DNA of 64,000 nt from Clostridia bacterium. Lineage in GTDB: Bacteria; Bacillota; Clostridia; UBA1212; DUPL01. The DNA lies in assembly GCA_050951325.1 (NCBI GenBank), contig JBMNIW010000012.1, forward strand, positions 576,001-640,000, written 5' to 3'. The first letter of the stretch is position 1; each line of letters starts with the position of its first letter. The notes beneath the pieces were generated by a model. That model did no database searches. It was not told the DNA's origin and saw only the letters and a program-made list of their open reading frames with translations. Positions 10,384 through 20,228 of the stretch are shown one piece after another. Made by a program: the position numbers and the translations under genes.

Positions 10384-11487
10384 ATGGAAAGTGTAGTTCT
10401 GTATGAAGAAAGAAAGAAGATAAATATTAGTCATGACAGAGGTGGTGTGAGAATTACGGTAAGTACACCCGTGTCACCGTCTGAAATAAAGGAAAAGCAT
10501 GCAGTTGTGGCTGATGTGGCAGATAATGTATACATTCCATCCGAGATAACCCAGGAAGCCAAGGCTTATTCCTTTTACATAAGAAAGAGGCAGACGGTAA
10601 AGGATTTTCTTATTCAAAACGAATGCACAATTTCTGATCTTGTGAGTTTGATAAAGTCCGTCAATGAAATCCTTCAACTCGCAGACAGACTGCATTTAAA
10701 CCGATATGACTTTATTTTCGACTACTCTTGTATTTTTACTGGTCAGACCCTTGATACTGCGGAATTTGTTTACGCACCGGGTGCTGATTTGGATAGGGAG
10801 CAAAACAGCATTTCAAACATGCTGCTGATTGCCTCCTTGCATGTTGCTTGCGATGAAAACTCACAAGAGGCAGTGGCATTGAAAGAAGCAACAGGCATTA
10901 TTATTGAATGGGAAGCATCAGGCACTTCTCCTTTTCCATTTGAAGAGGTATTGGCGGTTCTTGATGTTGAAGAGAAAAACGAAGGAATCTTCTTTACTAC
11001 CTGGAAACCATTCTTATGCTTTCAATTCATAATGCTGCTTGTCTTTATTTTTATCGTATCCCTTGTTCCTTTCAGAGAGAACGGAGTTTTCATTTGGATT
11101 GCATTTGTTTTGTTGACAGTATGTGTTGATTATCTATTGATTCCAGGAAAAAAGAAAAACAAGCCTGAATTCAAGTTGTTAAGAAGAAAAGTTTTAAGAG
11201 GCATGGGGGGTTTAAAAGGAAAGATAATTTATGTGGACTGGGATACAATAAAGATTGGAAGGGATGCAGAGTGGGCGGATGTTGTTATTTCAAACATCTT
11301 TGTCAGTAGAAAGCATGCAATTCTTTATTTTAAAGACAATATTCTGTATGTGAAGGATCTGTCGTCAAGAAATGGCACTTTTCTTAATGGTGTGAGGCTT
11401 GAAGCAAATGTTGAGGTGGTAGTTGAAGCAGGAAGTACGGTTGTATTTGGTCATGATAGTGTTATAATAAAGTATTGTTATTTTTAA
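10384..11487 (+). CDS. Membrane protein with N-terminal DUF6382-like region and C-terminal FHA domain
   Basis: IKIGR...VSRKHA...VKDLSSRNGTFLNG FHA signature; two central TM helices. Confidence 0.8.
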   Translation: MESVVLYEERKKINISHDRGGVRITVSTPVSPSEIKEKHAVVADVADNVYIPSEITQEAKAYSFYIRKRQTVKDFLIQNECTISDLVSLIKSVNEILQLADRLHLNRYDFIFDYSCIFTGQTLDTAEFVYAPGADLDREQNSISNMLLIASLHVACDENSQEAVALKEATGIIIEWEASGTSPFPFEEVLAVLDVEEKNEGIFFTTWKPFLCFQFIMLLVFIFIVSLVPFRENGVFIWIAFVLLTVCVDYLLIPGKKKNKPEFKLLRRKVLRGMGGLKGKIIYVDWDTIKIGRDAEWADVVISNIFVSRKHAILYFKDNILYVKDLSSRNGTFLNGVRLEANVEVVVEAGSTVVFGHDSVIIKYCYF

Positions 11488-11573
11488 GCTTTCTATTTTT
11501 TAGTACTTGAATAATTAAATTTTATATGTTATGATTTCAAAGGTTATTTAAATTTATTTCAGGGGGAAATTTA

Positions 11574-12596
11574 GTGGGTTTTTTTAGACAAAACATTGCT
11601 GTTGACCTGGGTACTGCTACTATTCTTGTAAGTGTCGAAAACAAGGGCGTAGTTATTAAAGAACCATCAATAGTGGCAATTAAAGATGCAAGCAACAAGA
11701 TTCTGGCAATAGGTGAAGAGGCAAGGAGCCTGATGGGTAGAACTCCTTTTGATATTTCGACTGTAAAGCCGATTCAAAATGGTGTTATATCCAGCTATTA
11801 TACCACTATGCGCATGCTTAAATATTACTACAAAAAAGCTCTCAGAAACCCGCTTAAGAAAATCCTTAAACCCGATGTGATTATATGTGTTCCAAGTCAA
11901 ACTACTGACGTTGAAAAGAGAGCGGTCAAGAAGGCGTCCCAAGATGCTGGTGCTGCAAGAACCTTTATTATTAGCGAGCCATTGGCTGCTGCAATAGGTG
12001 CCGGAATAGATATTTCAAAGCCTACAGGAAACATGATTGTAGACGTTGGGGGAGGAACCACGGATATTGCAGTAATCTCTTACGGTGGCATTGTAGTAAA
12101 CAAAAGTGTAAAAGTTGCTGGAGATGCCCTGGATGAAACCATAAAGAACTATTTGAAGAAAACTCACAATCTGCTTATAGGTGACAGGACTGCAGAACAA
12201 ATAAAGGTGGAGATAGGATGCGTTTACCATGGAATACGCAATGAATCCTTGGAGATTAGAGGCAGTGACCTTATAACAGGTCTTCCAAACGAAAGAATAA
12301 TTACTTCCGAAGAAATCCTTGAGCCTTTGATGGAGGCGGTAATTCCAATTCTTGATGGAATTCACGCAGTGCTTGAAGAGACACCTCCTGAGCTTGCTGC
12401 TGACATATACAGTAGAGGCATAATCCTTACAGGAGGGGGCGCAATGATAGCAGGTCTTGATGAGTTAATCAGAAAGAGTACCGGTATAGATGCGATAATT
12501 GCGGACGAGCCTCAGTACTGTGTGGCAAAAGGATGCAACATGTTTATTATGTCCATGTCATCTAAAGAGAAAATTGAAGCGGGTAAGATTAGCTAA
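11574..12596 (+). CDS. mreB: Rod shape-determining protein, MreB/Mbl family paralog
   Basis: AVDLGTA, EPLAAAIGAG, VDVGGGTTD, ETPPELAADI, LTGGGA. Confidence 0.9.
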   Translation: MGFFRQNIAVDLGTATILVSVENKGVVIKEPSIVAIKDASNKILAIGEEARSLMGRTPFDISTVKPIQNGVISSYYTTMRMLKYYYKKALRNPLKKILKPDVIICVPSQTTDVEKRAVKKASQDAGAARTFIISEPLAAAIGAGIDISKPTGNMIVDVGGGTTDIAVISYGGIVVNKSVKVAGDALDETIKNYLKKTHNLLIGDRTAEQIKVEIGCVYHGIRNESLEIRGSDLITGLPNERIITSEEILEPLMEAVIPILDGIHAVLEETPPELAADIYSRGIILTGGGAMIAGLDELIRKSTGIDAIIADEPQYCVAKGCNMFIMSMSSKEKIEAGKIS

Positions 12597-12611
12597 AAAG
12601 ATAGCAATTAC

Positions 12612-12640
12612 GGCAGGTATTATTACCTGCCTCTTTTTTT
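12612..12640 (+). terminator. Intrinsic terminator
   Basis: GGCAGGTA-ttat-TACCTGCC followed by a T run. Confidence 0.8.
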
Positions 12641-12692
12641 GTCTTTTAGGTAAATAATTGGTCTGATTGAAGTCTTTAACCGGGTGCTTCAA

Positions 12693-13748
12693 TTATATGT
12701 TTAAGCTCATAGGGTCAAATATCGTCGCCTCAATATGTTGCACGGGTCTTTCTTTTGTAGCTATGTAATATACCACTACACATTTGTCATCCGGTCTTGC
12801 AACAATTCTTGGATATCCCATATCCATGTCTATGGCATCTTGCCTGATGGCCCTGTCACTGTGAAAAGTTAAACCTCCGTCTGTTGATATGCAAACTCTT
12901 AAAGAAGAGTTACCAGGCTCCCGCCTTCCGTATGCAAGAACCAGGGTGCCGTCCGAAAGTTTGCACATTGCAGGCGGATTGCCATTTGTGTTGGCTGCAT
13001 TGTTTATGTTATACGTATCCGCTGCGCGAACCGGAGTGTGCCATGTCCTGCCATTGTCGTTCGATCTTTTAACCTCAATCCAAACATCATCCATGGGCGG
13101 TCTTTTCATTCTTCTTCTTAGTGCGGCGACCAATGTGTTGTCGTCAAGACGGACCACACTTGGCATAACCGATCTTGGCGCATCATCTGTAATATCCCCT
13201 ACAAAACTCCAGCTTTTACAGCCATCTTCTGTTATGGCAACAAAAGCACGGTCGTAAAAGGGTTTGTTTATTGGGTTTTCCAATACATTGTGTGACATAA
13301 AGACCCGCATCTTTTTGTTTCTTTCTATCAGATAGCTGGTTCTTGAGGTGTTTTCTCTGCCAAACGAAGGAAATTCAAAAGGACCATCCCAGGTTTTGCC
13401 TTTGTCGCATGAAACTATGTACACATCTCCCTTGATTGTTATGGCTGGTCGGCCTACTCTCATTACAAAGTTTTCATCAAACTCAAAACCTTCTTCGGGC
13501 ACCTGTTTTAATTCTTTTTCATAAATTGAGTTGTCAAAATCAACTTCTGCCCATGTCAGTCCGCCATCTACACTGCGAGAAAACACGCACTGCATATCTG
13601 ACTCTATAACCCGATGAAATAGATTGTTTTCTTGAAATCTTCCTCTATTGAAGGAAACAAGTATCTCGCTTCCCCAACTCCAGATACCTCCGTTTGCCGG
13701 CCAACCTGAATACTCGTTATCGTTGTAGCAAACCACACTGTGTGTCAT
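12693..13748 (-). CDS. BNR/Asp-box beta-propeller protein (sialidase family)
   Basis: Repeated Asp boxes SVDGGLTW, SCDKGKTW, TEDGCKSW, SNDNGRTW, STDGGLTF; DMGYP. Confidence 0.8.
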   Translation of the reverse strand: MTHSVVCYNDNEYSGWPANGGIWSWGSEILVSFNRGRFQENNLFHRVIESDMQCVFSRSVDGGLTWAEVDFDNSIYEKELKQVPEEGFEFDENFVMRVGRPAITIKGDVYIVSCDKGKTWDGPFEFPSFGRENTSRTSYLIERNKKMRVFMSHNVLENPINKPFYDRAFVAITEDGCKSWSFVGDITDDAPRSVMPSVVRLDDNTLVAALRRRMKRPPMDDVWIEVKRSNDNGRTWHTPVRAADTYNINNAANTNGNPPAMCKLSDGTLVLAYGRREPGNSSLRVCISTDGGLTFHSDRAIRQDAIDMDMGYPRIVARPDDKCVVVYYIATKERPVQHIEATIFDPMSLNI

Positions 13749-13834
13749 GAAACAACCCCTCCAATTCTACATTGAGTTATAAAATTACTAAATTTAATGG
13801 CAGGGACAAATACCCTGCCATACCAAGTAGGTGT

Positions 13835-15253
13835 TTATTCATTTAAAAACGATACTATATCATTCACATTACCAGCGCCTAGAAGCAGGATAGTGTCGTT
13901 TTCTCTTACTTCTTTCTTTAAATACTCAGCTATTTCCTTAAAATCGCTGATGTATTTTGTATTAATACCTTTTGAGAGAAATTTCTCTGCAAGCATTTGC
14001 GAGTTTATGTCTCCCGGGTTTTTCTCCCTTGCAGCATAAATATCTGTTACAACCAGGTTATCTGCATCTAGTAAAGCCTCTGCAAAGTCGTCCCCGAAAG
14101 CTTTTGCTCTGGAATATGTATGGGGCTGGAATACGCAAAGGACTCTTCCTTTGGTAATTTGTTTTGCGGAATCAAGAGTCGCCTTAATCTCAGTAGGATG
14201 ATGGGCGTAGTCGTCAATAATTGGCGCACCGTTTATAAATCCGCGATTTTGAAAACGTCTGTCGGGTGAAACGAAATTCAGAAGCCCTTCTTTTACTGCT
14301 TCTTTTTCGCAGCCTAGGTTTATGCAAACTGCGCAGGTTGCCAGAGCATTCAGAACATTATGTTTGCCAGGTACTTTCAATACCAGGTCAGTAAGAATTC
14401 CGTCATTGTTATACACCTTGAAACGAGTTTCGTTTTCCTTGTACTGTATGTCTTTTGCTATGAAGTCGCAATCGTCGGAAAATCCATATGTATAGACCTT
14501 GCAGTCTGCTGCTTCTGCTGCAAACAACGCAGGTTTGCTTTCCGCACAAACAACCGCAAAGCCTTCTTTGGGAATAAGTTTAATAAATTTTTTAAACGCA
14601 TATATTATATCATCTATATCCTTGAAATAGTCTAGATGTTCTGCTTCAATGTTTAGAATAACGCCTGCATAAGGAGAAAGGTTTAAAAAATTCTCATGAT
14701 ATTCACAGGCTTCCGTAACAAAGTACGGGCTTTTTGATGATCTGACATTTCCTCCAAGAACAGGTAAGTTCCCGCCAATATGTACGCTGGGATCAAGATT
14801 TGCGTGGAGCATGACATGAGCCAGCATTGAAGTAGTAGTTGTTTTTCCATGAGTTCCTGCAATGCAAATGGAGTAATCGTGTTCCCTTGTTAAAAGGCCG
14901 AGAAAATGGCCTCTTTCCATAACCGGGATGCCCTTTTCAATGGCTTTCAAATATTCGGGATTGTCTTTCGAAATTGCAAGAGTATAAACAACCAGATAGG
15001 TGTCGTCGGGGACATTGAGCGCATCGTGCCCTATATATAATTTGGCACCTTTTTGTCTCAGTTTTTGTGTATTGCAGGATTCGACTCTATCGGAACCGCT
15101 TACACGAAAGCCTCGTTCAAGTACGATCTCAGCCAGACCGCTCATGCTGGAGCCGCCTATCCCTATGAAATGTATTCTACATCCTGCTGGCAGGTTGAGA
15201 TCAGATTCCCTGGAAGGGTTCTCGCGCTCTATATGATTGCCTGTCAAGTTCAT
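13835..15253 (-). CDS. murC: UDP-N-acetylmuramate--L-alanine ligase
   Basis: HFIGIGGSSMSGLA, GTHGKTTT, EACEY, DDYAHHPTEI, FQPHTYSR. Confidence 0.96.
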   Translation of the reverse strand: MNLTGNHIERENPSRESDLNLPAGCRIHFIGIGGSSMSGLAEIVLERGFRVSGSDRVESCNTQKLRQKGAKLYIGHDALNVPDDTYLVVYTLAISKDNPEYLKAIEKGIPVMERGHFLGLLTREHDYSICIAGTHGKTTTTSMLAHVMLHANLDPSVHIGGNLPVLGGNVRSSKSPYFVTEACEYHENFLNLSPYAGVILNIEAEHLDYFKDIDDIIYAFKKFIKLIPKEGFAVVCAESKPALFAAEAADCKVYTYGFSDDCDFIAKDIQYKENETRFKVYNNDGILTDLVLKVPGKHNVLNALATCAVCINLGCEKEAVKEGLLNFVSPDRRFQNRGFINGAPIIDDYAHHPTEIKATLDSAKQITKGRVLCVFQPHTYSRAKAFGDDFAEALLDADNLVVTDIYAAREKNPGDINSQMLAEKFLSKGINTKYISDFKEIAEYLKKEVRENDTILLLGAGNVNDIVSFLNE

Positions 15254-15377
15254 TTATCAGATCACCGCATCCTTTATCACACTAAATTGATACATAAATA
15301 TATTATTCCTTGAATTATCAAATTGTCCGGAATCAGAACAATTATATCACATATGTTCGTTTATTGCTGAATATTTT

Positions 15378-15406
15378 TTGACCATGGTATAAAAAAACAG
15401 TATAAT
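15378..15406 (+). promoter_or_regulatory. Sigma-A type promoter
   Basis: TTGACC-17 bp-TATAAT. Confidence 0.65.
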
Positions 15407-15465
15407 TCGAAATATGTATTTTAAAATGCTGTATTAGTAAAATATATTGAGAAGGTAGAGGGTTT

Positions 15466-17781
15466 ATGTTAAAACTTGTAAATGTTACAAAAAGTTATGT
15501 TACCGGCGATTTCAAGCAGGTTGCTTTAAATAATGTGAGTCTTGCATTCAGGGAAAATGAGTTTGTTGCAATTCTGGGTCCTTCAGGAGGCGGAAAGACG
15601 ACGCTATTAAACATCATAGGCGGCCTGGACAGATATGACAGTGGCGAGATGTATATAAACGGCAGACCCACATCCGACTTCAAGGGTGTGGAGTGGGACG
15701 CTTATAGGAACAACAGCATCGGCTTTGTTTTCCAGAATTACAACCTTATTTCCCATATATCTATCCTTGAAAATGTAGAGATGGGAATGACTCTTTCTGG
15801 AATGTCTGCCAGCGAACGAAGGGAAAGGGCCCTTCGATTGCTTGACAGGGTAGGTCTTAAAGACCATGTCAAAAAGAAACCCAACCAGCTGTCAGGCGGA
15901 CAGATGCAGAGAGTTGCGATAGCAAGAGCGCTCGCAAATGATCCTGATATTATTCTGGCGGATGAGCCAACTGGAGCTTTGGATAGCGAAACAGGAGTAC
16001 AAATACTTGACCTTATAAAAGAGATTGCGAAAAACAAACTTGTTATAATGGTTACACACAATCCCGAACTGGCAAACAAGTATGCCACCAGAATTGTCAA
16101 TTTGGTGGACGGACGGATTGTAAGCGACTCCAACCCGTATGAGGAGGAAGAACACAAGCAGTCAGGATACAAACTCAAAATGACTGCCATGAACTTTTTT
16201 ACTGCTTTGAAACTATCCTTTAACAACATAAAGACAAAGAAATTTAGAACAATACTTACCTCTTTCGCAGCAAGCATTGGAATCATAGGGATTGCACTCA
16301 TTCTCGCTCTTTCGAACGGGTTTCAGATAGAAATAGACAAGTTTGAGGAAAACACCATGTCTGGATTCCCCATAATCATAGGACAGCAGGCGACAACTGT
16401 TGATATTGCCGATATGGGTAAAAAGTTTGGAGAGGAGAACAGGAAGTACAAGGAGTTTACAGACAAAAAGGAAGTAATTCCTTTTGACAGGAGCGAAAGT
16501 GAATTAATTCATATGAACAATATTACAGAGGAATATATAGAGTATTTAAAGAGCATTGATCCGAATCTGCTTTTGGGAACCACATATACACGCATGACAT
16601 CTTTGAACTTATTGAAACTTGACAGAGACAATGTGGCAAAGATTGTATCGATGCAAGACCTGGATATGAGTGTGCTTCCAAAAAAGTTTGGTGAAGAAGG
16701 TTTTGTTGAAAAGAACTATGACATACTTTATGGAAAAATGCCAGAGAACAAAAACGAGTTATTGCTGGTTGTGGACAAATTCAATAGACTGGACAAAAGA
16801 GTGCTGGAAACGCTAGGTTTTTCAACTTATGAAAGTATAGCTTTTGAGGACATAATCGGTACCGAGTTAAGAGCCATTCCTAATAATGACTATTACGTGG
16901 AACGGGATGGATTCTTTACACTGGTTGGCAACCCTGCGGACATGACTGAAATATATAATAGGGAAACGGCAATACCTTTAAAAATTGTAGGAATCCTAAG
17001 GATAAAGAAAGACAAGATGCTGGATGTAATCCGTACAGGCGTGGCATATTCTGAAGAACTGATGGAATATATTCTGGAGGATTCGGAAAACAGCGACATT
17101 GCAAAAGCCCAAAGGGAGGCTGATTACAATGTGCTTACAGGCCAACCTTTTGATTTGACAACGGAAAAGGGAAAGGAAGACAAGGAAAATGTTCTCCGGG
17201 TAATTGGAGCAAACTCTGTTCCTTTAATGATAACAATCTTTCCTAGAGATTTTGATTCAAAGGATGACGTATTGGCGTTTTTGGATGCGTACAATGAAGG
17301 CAAAGACAGCAAGGACAGGATAATATATACAGACATGGCCGAGCAGATAACAAAGCTTACGAAAAAGATAATAGATTCAATATCCATTGTCCTTATAGCT
17401 TTTGCTTCAATTTCTTTGTTTGTTTCGTCTATAATGATTGGAATAATTACGTACATTTCCGTACTGGAAAGAACAAAAGAGATTGGAATTCTGAGGTCAT
17501 TAGGAGCAAGAAAATCGGATATTACCTTGGTATTTAATGCAGAAACCTTTATTATAGGGGTGTTTTCAGGATTAATTGGAATAGCCATAGCGTCTTTGCT
17601 GGTCATACCTACAAACATGATAATTGCAAATTATTCAAATCTTGAAAACGTAGCAAAGCTTTCGCCTTTGCATGCAATTATTCTGATTCTTGTAAGCTTG
17701 TTCTTTACAATTGTTGGAGGATTCATACCAAGCCTGATAGCTGCGAATAAGGACCCTGTGGAAGCACTGAGAACCGAATAA
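15466..17781 (+). CDS. MacB-like fused ABC ATPase/FtsX-permease
   Basis: GPSGGGKTT, LSGGQMQRVAIARAL, ADEPTGALD; C-terminal ERTKEIGILRSLGA and DPVEALRTE. Confidence 0.92.
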   Translation: MLKLVNVTKSYVTGDFKQVALNNVSLAFRENEFVAILGPSGGGKTTLLNIIGGLDRYDSGEMYINGRPTSDFKGVEWDAYRNNSIGFVFQNYNLISHISILENVEMGMTLSGMSASERRERALRLLDRVGLKDHVKKKPNQLSGGQMQRVAIARALANDPDIILADEPTGALDSETGVQILDLIKEIAKNKLVIMVTHNPELANKYATRIVNLVDGRIVSDSNPYEEEEHKQSGYKLKMTAMNFFTALKLSFNNIKTKKFRTILTSFAASIGIIGIALILALSNGFQIEIDKFEENTMSGFPIIIGQQATTVDIADMGKKFGEENRKYKEFTDKKEVIPFDRSESELIHMNNITEEYIEYLKSIDPNLLLGTTYTRMTSLNLLKLDRDNVAKIVSMQDLDMSVLPKKFGEEGFVEKNYDILYGKMPENKNELLLVVDKFNRLDKRVLETLGFSTYESIAFEDIIGTELRAIPNNDYYVERDGFFTLVGNPADMTEIYNRETAIPLKIVGILRIKKDKMLDVIRTGVAYSEELMEYILEDSENSDIAKAQREADYNVLTGQPFDLTTEKGKEDKENVLRVIGANSVPLMITIFPRDFDSKDDVLAFLDAYNEGKDSKDRIIYTDMAEQITKLTKKIIDSISIVLIAFASISLFVSSIMIGIITYISVLERTKEIGILRSLGARKSDITLVFNAETFIIGVFSGLIGIAIASLLVIPTNMIIANYSNLENVAKLSPLHAIILILVSLFFTIVGGFIPSLIAANKDPVEALRTE

Positions 17782-17788
17782 ATAATAA

Positions 17789-17823
17789 AAGAATCGGCAC
17801 AAACTCTAATGCCGATTCTTTTC
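17789..17823. terminator. Bidirectional intrinsic terminator
   Basis: AAGAATCGGCA...TGCCGATTCTT with flanking A and T runs between convergent genes. Confidence 0.75.
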
Positions 17824-17905
17824 TCCATATTCAATTTTTTGTTGCGTCCTTGGCAACACTAGTATTATACTCAAAAAAAGACAAATTATTCATTAATTGA
17901 GAAAT

Positions 17906-18088
17906 TTATCTGTCTACCAGTGCCCTGCTCTTATAGCTTGCACACATGCTTTCATCAATATCTTCAGTTGCGCAGTTCATTTTAGGCGTAACCTTTATAG
18001 CTGACAAAGTACAGCTGTTTTCAAGCGTATCGTTAAAAGAGCAGCTTGCCACATCACAAGAAATAGACTGACATTTTTTATGGCTCAT
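17906..18088 (-). CDS. DUF1540-like small Cys-rich protein
   Basis: ISCDVASCSFN...CTLSAIKV...SMCASY; AAAGGTGG RBS. Confidence 0.75.
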   Translation of the reverse strand: MSHKKCQSISCDVASCSFNDTLENSCTLSAIKVTPKMNCATEDIDESMCASYKSRALVDR

Positions 18089-18188
18089 TTTAGTTCCACC
18101 TTTCAAGTCAACCTTTGTACGGAATTACCGTACAGTTGTATTTTGTCCTGAAAAACGTTATTCTTTCATGTAATTTTAGCCTGATATA

Positions 18189-18217
18189 TTGACAATGGTA
18201 ATCGGTTAGTATAAAAT
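18189..18217 (+). promoter_or_regulatory. Sigma-A promoter of the riboswitch-led operon
   Basis: TTGACA-17 bp-TAAAAT. Confidence 0.75.
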
Positions 18218-18263
18218 CTAAATGCTTTGATATTTTTTTAACAATATTAAAGTGAAAAAAATA

Positions 18264-18366
18264 CTGGTTCCGAGTGTTTTCTACCTAAAGCCAAAATGGC
18301 CATGGGGAAACACCGATAGGGTTGAAAGAGAAATTTTTCAGCCTTCCGGAGTTGAAAAGGAACAGG
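18264..18366 (+). ncRNA. Moco RNA motif riboswitch, P3-less tungsten-cofactor (Tuco/Wco) type
   Basis: TCCGAG; P2 GTGTTTTC/GGAAACAC with CCTAAAG..CATGG tetraloop-receptor-like motif; AGGG; P4 GGTTGAAAGA-GAAA-TTTTTCAGCC; CTTCCG...GAAAAGGA; only 4 nt where P3 would be; downstream genes are pterin-related. Confidence 0.88.
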
Positions 18367-18402
18367 AAAGAAATCACCCTTATGGGTGGTAATTTCTTTA
18401 TG

Positions 18403-18439
18403 TTCTCTTGTTCCGGACGGAATCAAGAGAATTTTTTTT
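18403..18439 (+). terminator. Riboswitch expression-platform terminator
   Basis: TTCTCTTGTTCC-ggac-GGAATCAAGAGAA followed by T8, about 30 nt before the first start codon. Confidence 0.85.
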
Positions 18440-18468
18440 GATAAAGAAATTAAAAGGAGAAGAATAAA

Positions 18469-19665
18469 ATGAAAAAGCATCTATTAATCTTGGCGATATT
18501 TGTATTAGTTTTAGCACTGGCTGCTGGGTGTGCAAATAATAACGGTCAGAACACCACACCAACACCTACTGATGCACCCCAGTCCTATGAGGATGACGAC
18601 TATATTCTTGAAATTGTAGGAATCGGGGATGAAACCATCAAAGTGACAAAAGGGCAAATCAGGGAACTTGCCGCAGGTGGCAAACTTGTTGAGTACGGCG
18701 AAGACCAGCCTGCATACGCATCCGACAAGACTGACGATGATGGCAACAAAATTCCACACACATTGAAAGGAGTATATTTCGACGATATACTTGAAGTTTA
18801 TGCAGATGACGCAAAAACTTCCGATTTTACAAGCATGTCTATTTATGCCGAAGACGGTTACGAGACAATTCTTTCAGCTGATGTCTTCAACGTAGAACAA
18901 GGCGGAGTTAAAATGATTGTTGCCTTTGAGTATGACGGCATTGAGCTTAATCCAAATGAGAAGAGCGGAGCTTTGAGAGTTGTTTTTCCTGACAAGCCGG
19001 CAAATACCTGGGCAAAACAGGTTTCCAAGATAGTTTTGGCAAGTGAGGAAGATGAGGAAACAGTTCCGGAAACTGAAAGCGTATACTTCTCAGAATCAAC
19101 CGGAGACAAATATGACGGTAGTTATGAGGTAGACGGCACTACATATTATGGAACAAGCTTCAAAAAAATATTTGACGACGGAATATTGAAGAGCGGTGAT
19201 AAGGCCCAGATGTTCGTATATTCGTGGGATGGAACCGAGTATACAAGCTTGAAGACAAAAGAGTATTACGAGGATGCGTTCTTGGTTTATGCATCAAAGG
19301 ATGCTGACAGTGACGAGTTTGCTCAAGAGAAGGACGCACCGGTATTCAATGGGGCAAACATTTTAAAAGGCATGAAGGTAAAACACACCATGTATGTGAC
19401 TGTTGAAAACACTTCTTTTGCAGTACTTGACAAAGTTTTTGAAAAGCTTGATTCCAAAGGCAAAGGCAGTATTCTTGTTAGTGAGCTGCTTGATGAAATA
19501 AATATGAAAGAAGCGTCAATCTATACCATAACCGGGGTTGACGGCACTGAAAAACAGGCAAAGAAAGAAGATTTAAAGGATATAAGGATTGAGTCAACAG
19601 ATGAAGGATACGTTGTTTCAGTTGATGGCAGTGAGTTTGTAATATTGAGCATACAGGCGAAATGA
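18469..19665 (+). CDS. Lipoprotein with repeated molybdopterin-binding (Oxidored_molyb/SUOX-fold) domains lacking the Mo-ligand Cys
   Basis: Lipobox LAAGC, PT linker; LKGVYFDDIL..YAEDGY..IVAFEYDG..GALRVVFP..TWAKQVSKI; degenerate repeats follow. Confidence 0.75.
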   Translation: MKKHLLILAIFVLVLALAAGCANNNGQNTTPTPTDAPQSYEDDDYILEIVGIGDETIKVTKGQIRELAAGGKLVEYGEDQPAYASDKTDDDGNKIPHTLKGVYFDDILEVYADDAKTSDFTSMSIYAEDGYETILSADVFNVEQGGVKMIVAFEYDGIELNPNEKSGALRVVFPDKPANTWAKQVSKIVLASEEDEETVPETESVYFSESTGDKYDGSYEVDGTTYYGTSFKKIFDDGILKSGDKAQMFVYSWDGTEYTSLKTKEYYEDAFLVYASKDADSDEFAQEKDAPVFNGANILKGMKVKHTMYVTVENTSFAVLDKVFEKLDSKGKGSILVSELLDEINMKEASIYTITGVDGTEKQAKKEDLKDIRIESTDEGYVVSVDGSEFVILSIQAK

Positions 19666-20228
19666 GGAAGGTTATTAAATCATATTCTGTTTTGGATCTG
19701 GTATTAATAGCGATGCTAGCAGCCCTTGCTACAGGCTTCAAGACTGTTGCAAACACACTGGTCAAGTTAATAACAGGTCCTTTGGGAATCCCAGGAGGGG
19801 CTTTGGCAGGCGGATTTTATATGATGTGGCTTGCCATTGGGCATTCGGTAGTTCGTAAATTTGGGGTATCTTTCATGATATCCCTTGTCCAGGCTCTCGT
19901 ACTATTTACAACCAGCGCACCAGGCAGCCACGGCATCTGGACTTTCATAACGTATTTGATTCCCGGACTTTGCGTTGACATTGTGTTTCTCTTTGCAAGA
20001 AAAAACAATGCCAATGTTCTGCATTTCATGATTGCCGTGATGATGGCAAATGTACTGGGCACACTAGGGAGCTTTTTGCTATGGTTCAGGTTATCCTGGT
20101 TGTGGCTTGCGTTTAGCCTGACTGCAGCGGCTTTATCCGGAGCAATTGGAGGGCTTGTGGCATATTCTGTTGATAAGGGAATTAGGAGAATTGGTTTAAT
20201 TTTCAAAGAGGATGGGGCAGATCAATGA
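19662..20228 (+). CDS. ECF transporter substrate-specific S component
   Basis: 188 aa, about 6 TM, N-terminal DLVLIAMLAAL (AxxxA), PG..VD motif; same operon as EcfA/A'/T. Confidence 0.82.
   Translation: MRKVIKSYSVLDLVLIAMLAALATGFKTVANTLVKLITGPLGIPGGALAGGFYMMWLAIGHSVVRKFGVSFMISLVQALVLFTTSAPGSHGIWTFITYLIPGLCVDIVFLFARKNNANVLHFMIAVMMANVLGTLGSFLLWFRLSWLWLAFSLTAAALSGAIGGLVAYSVDKGIRRIGLIFKEDGADQ

Noticed and set aside
18247-18480. 77-aa minus-strand ORF
   Set aside because: Lies over the riboswitch and terminator; the RNA structure explains the sequence
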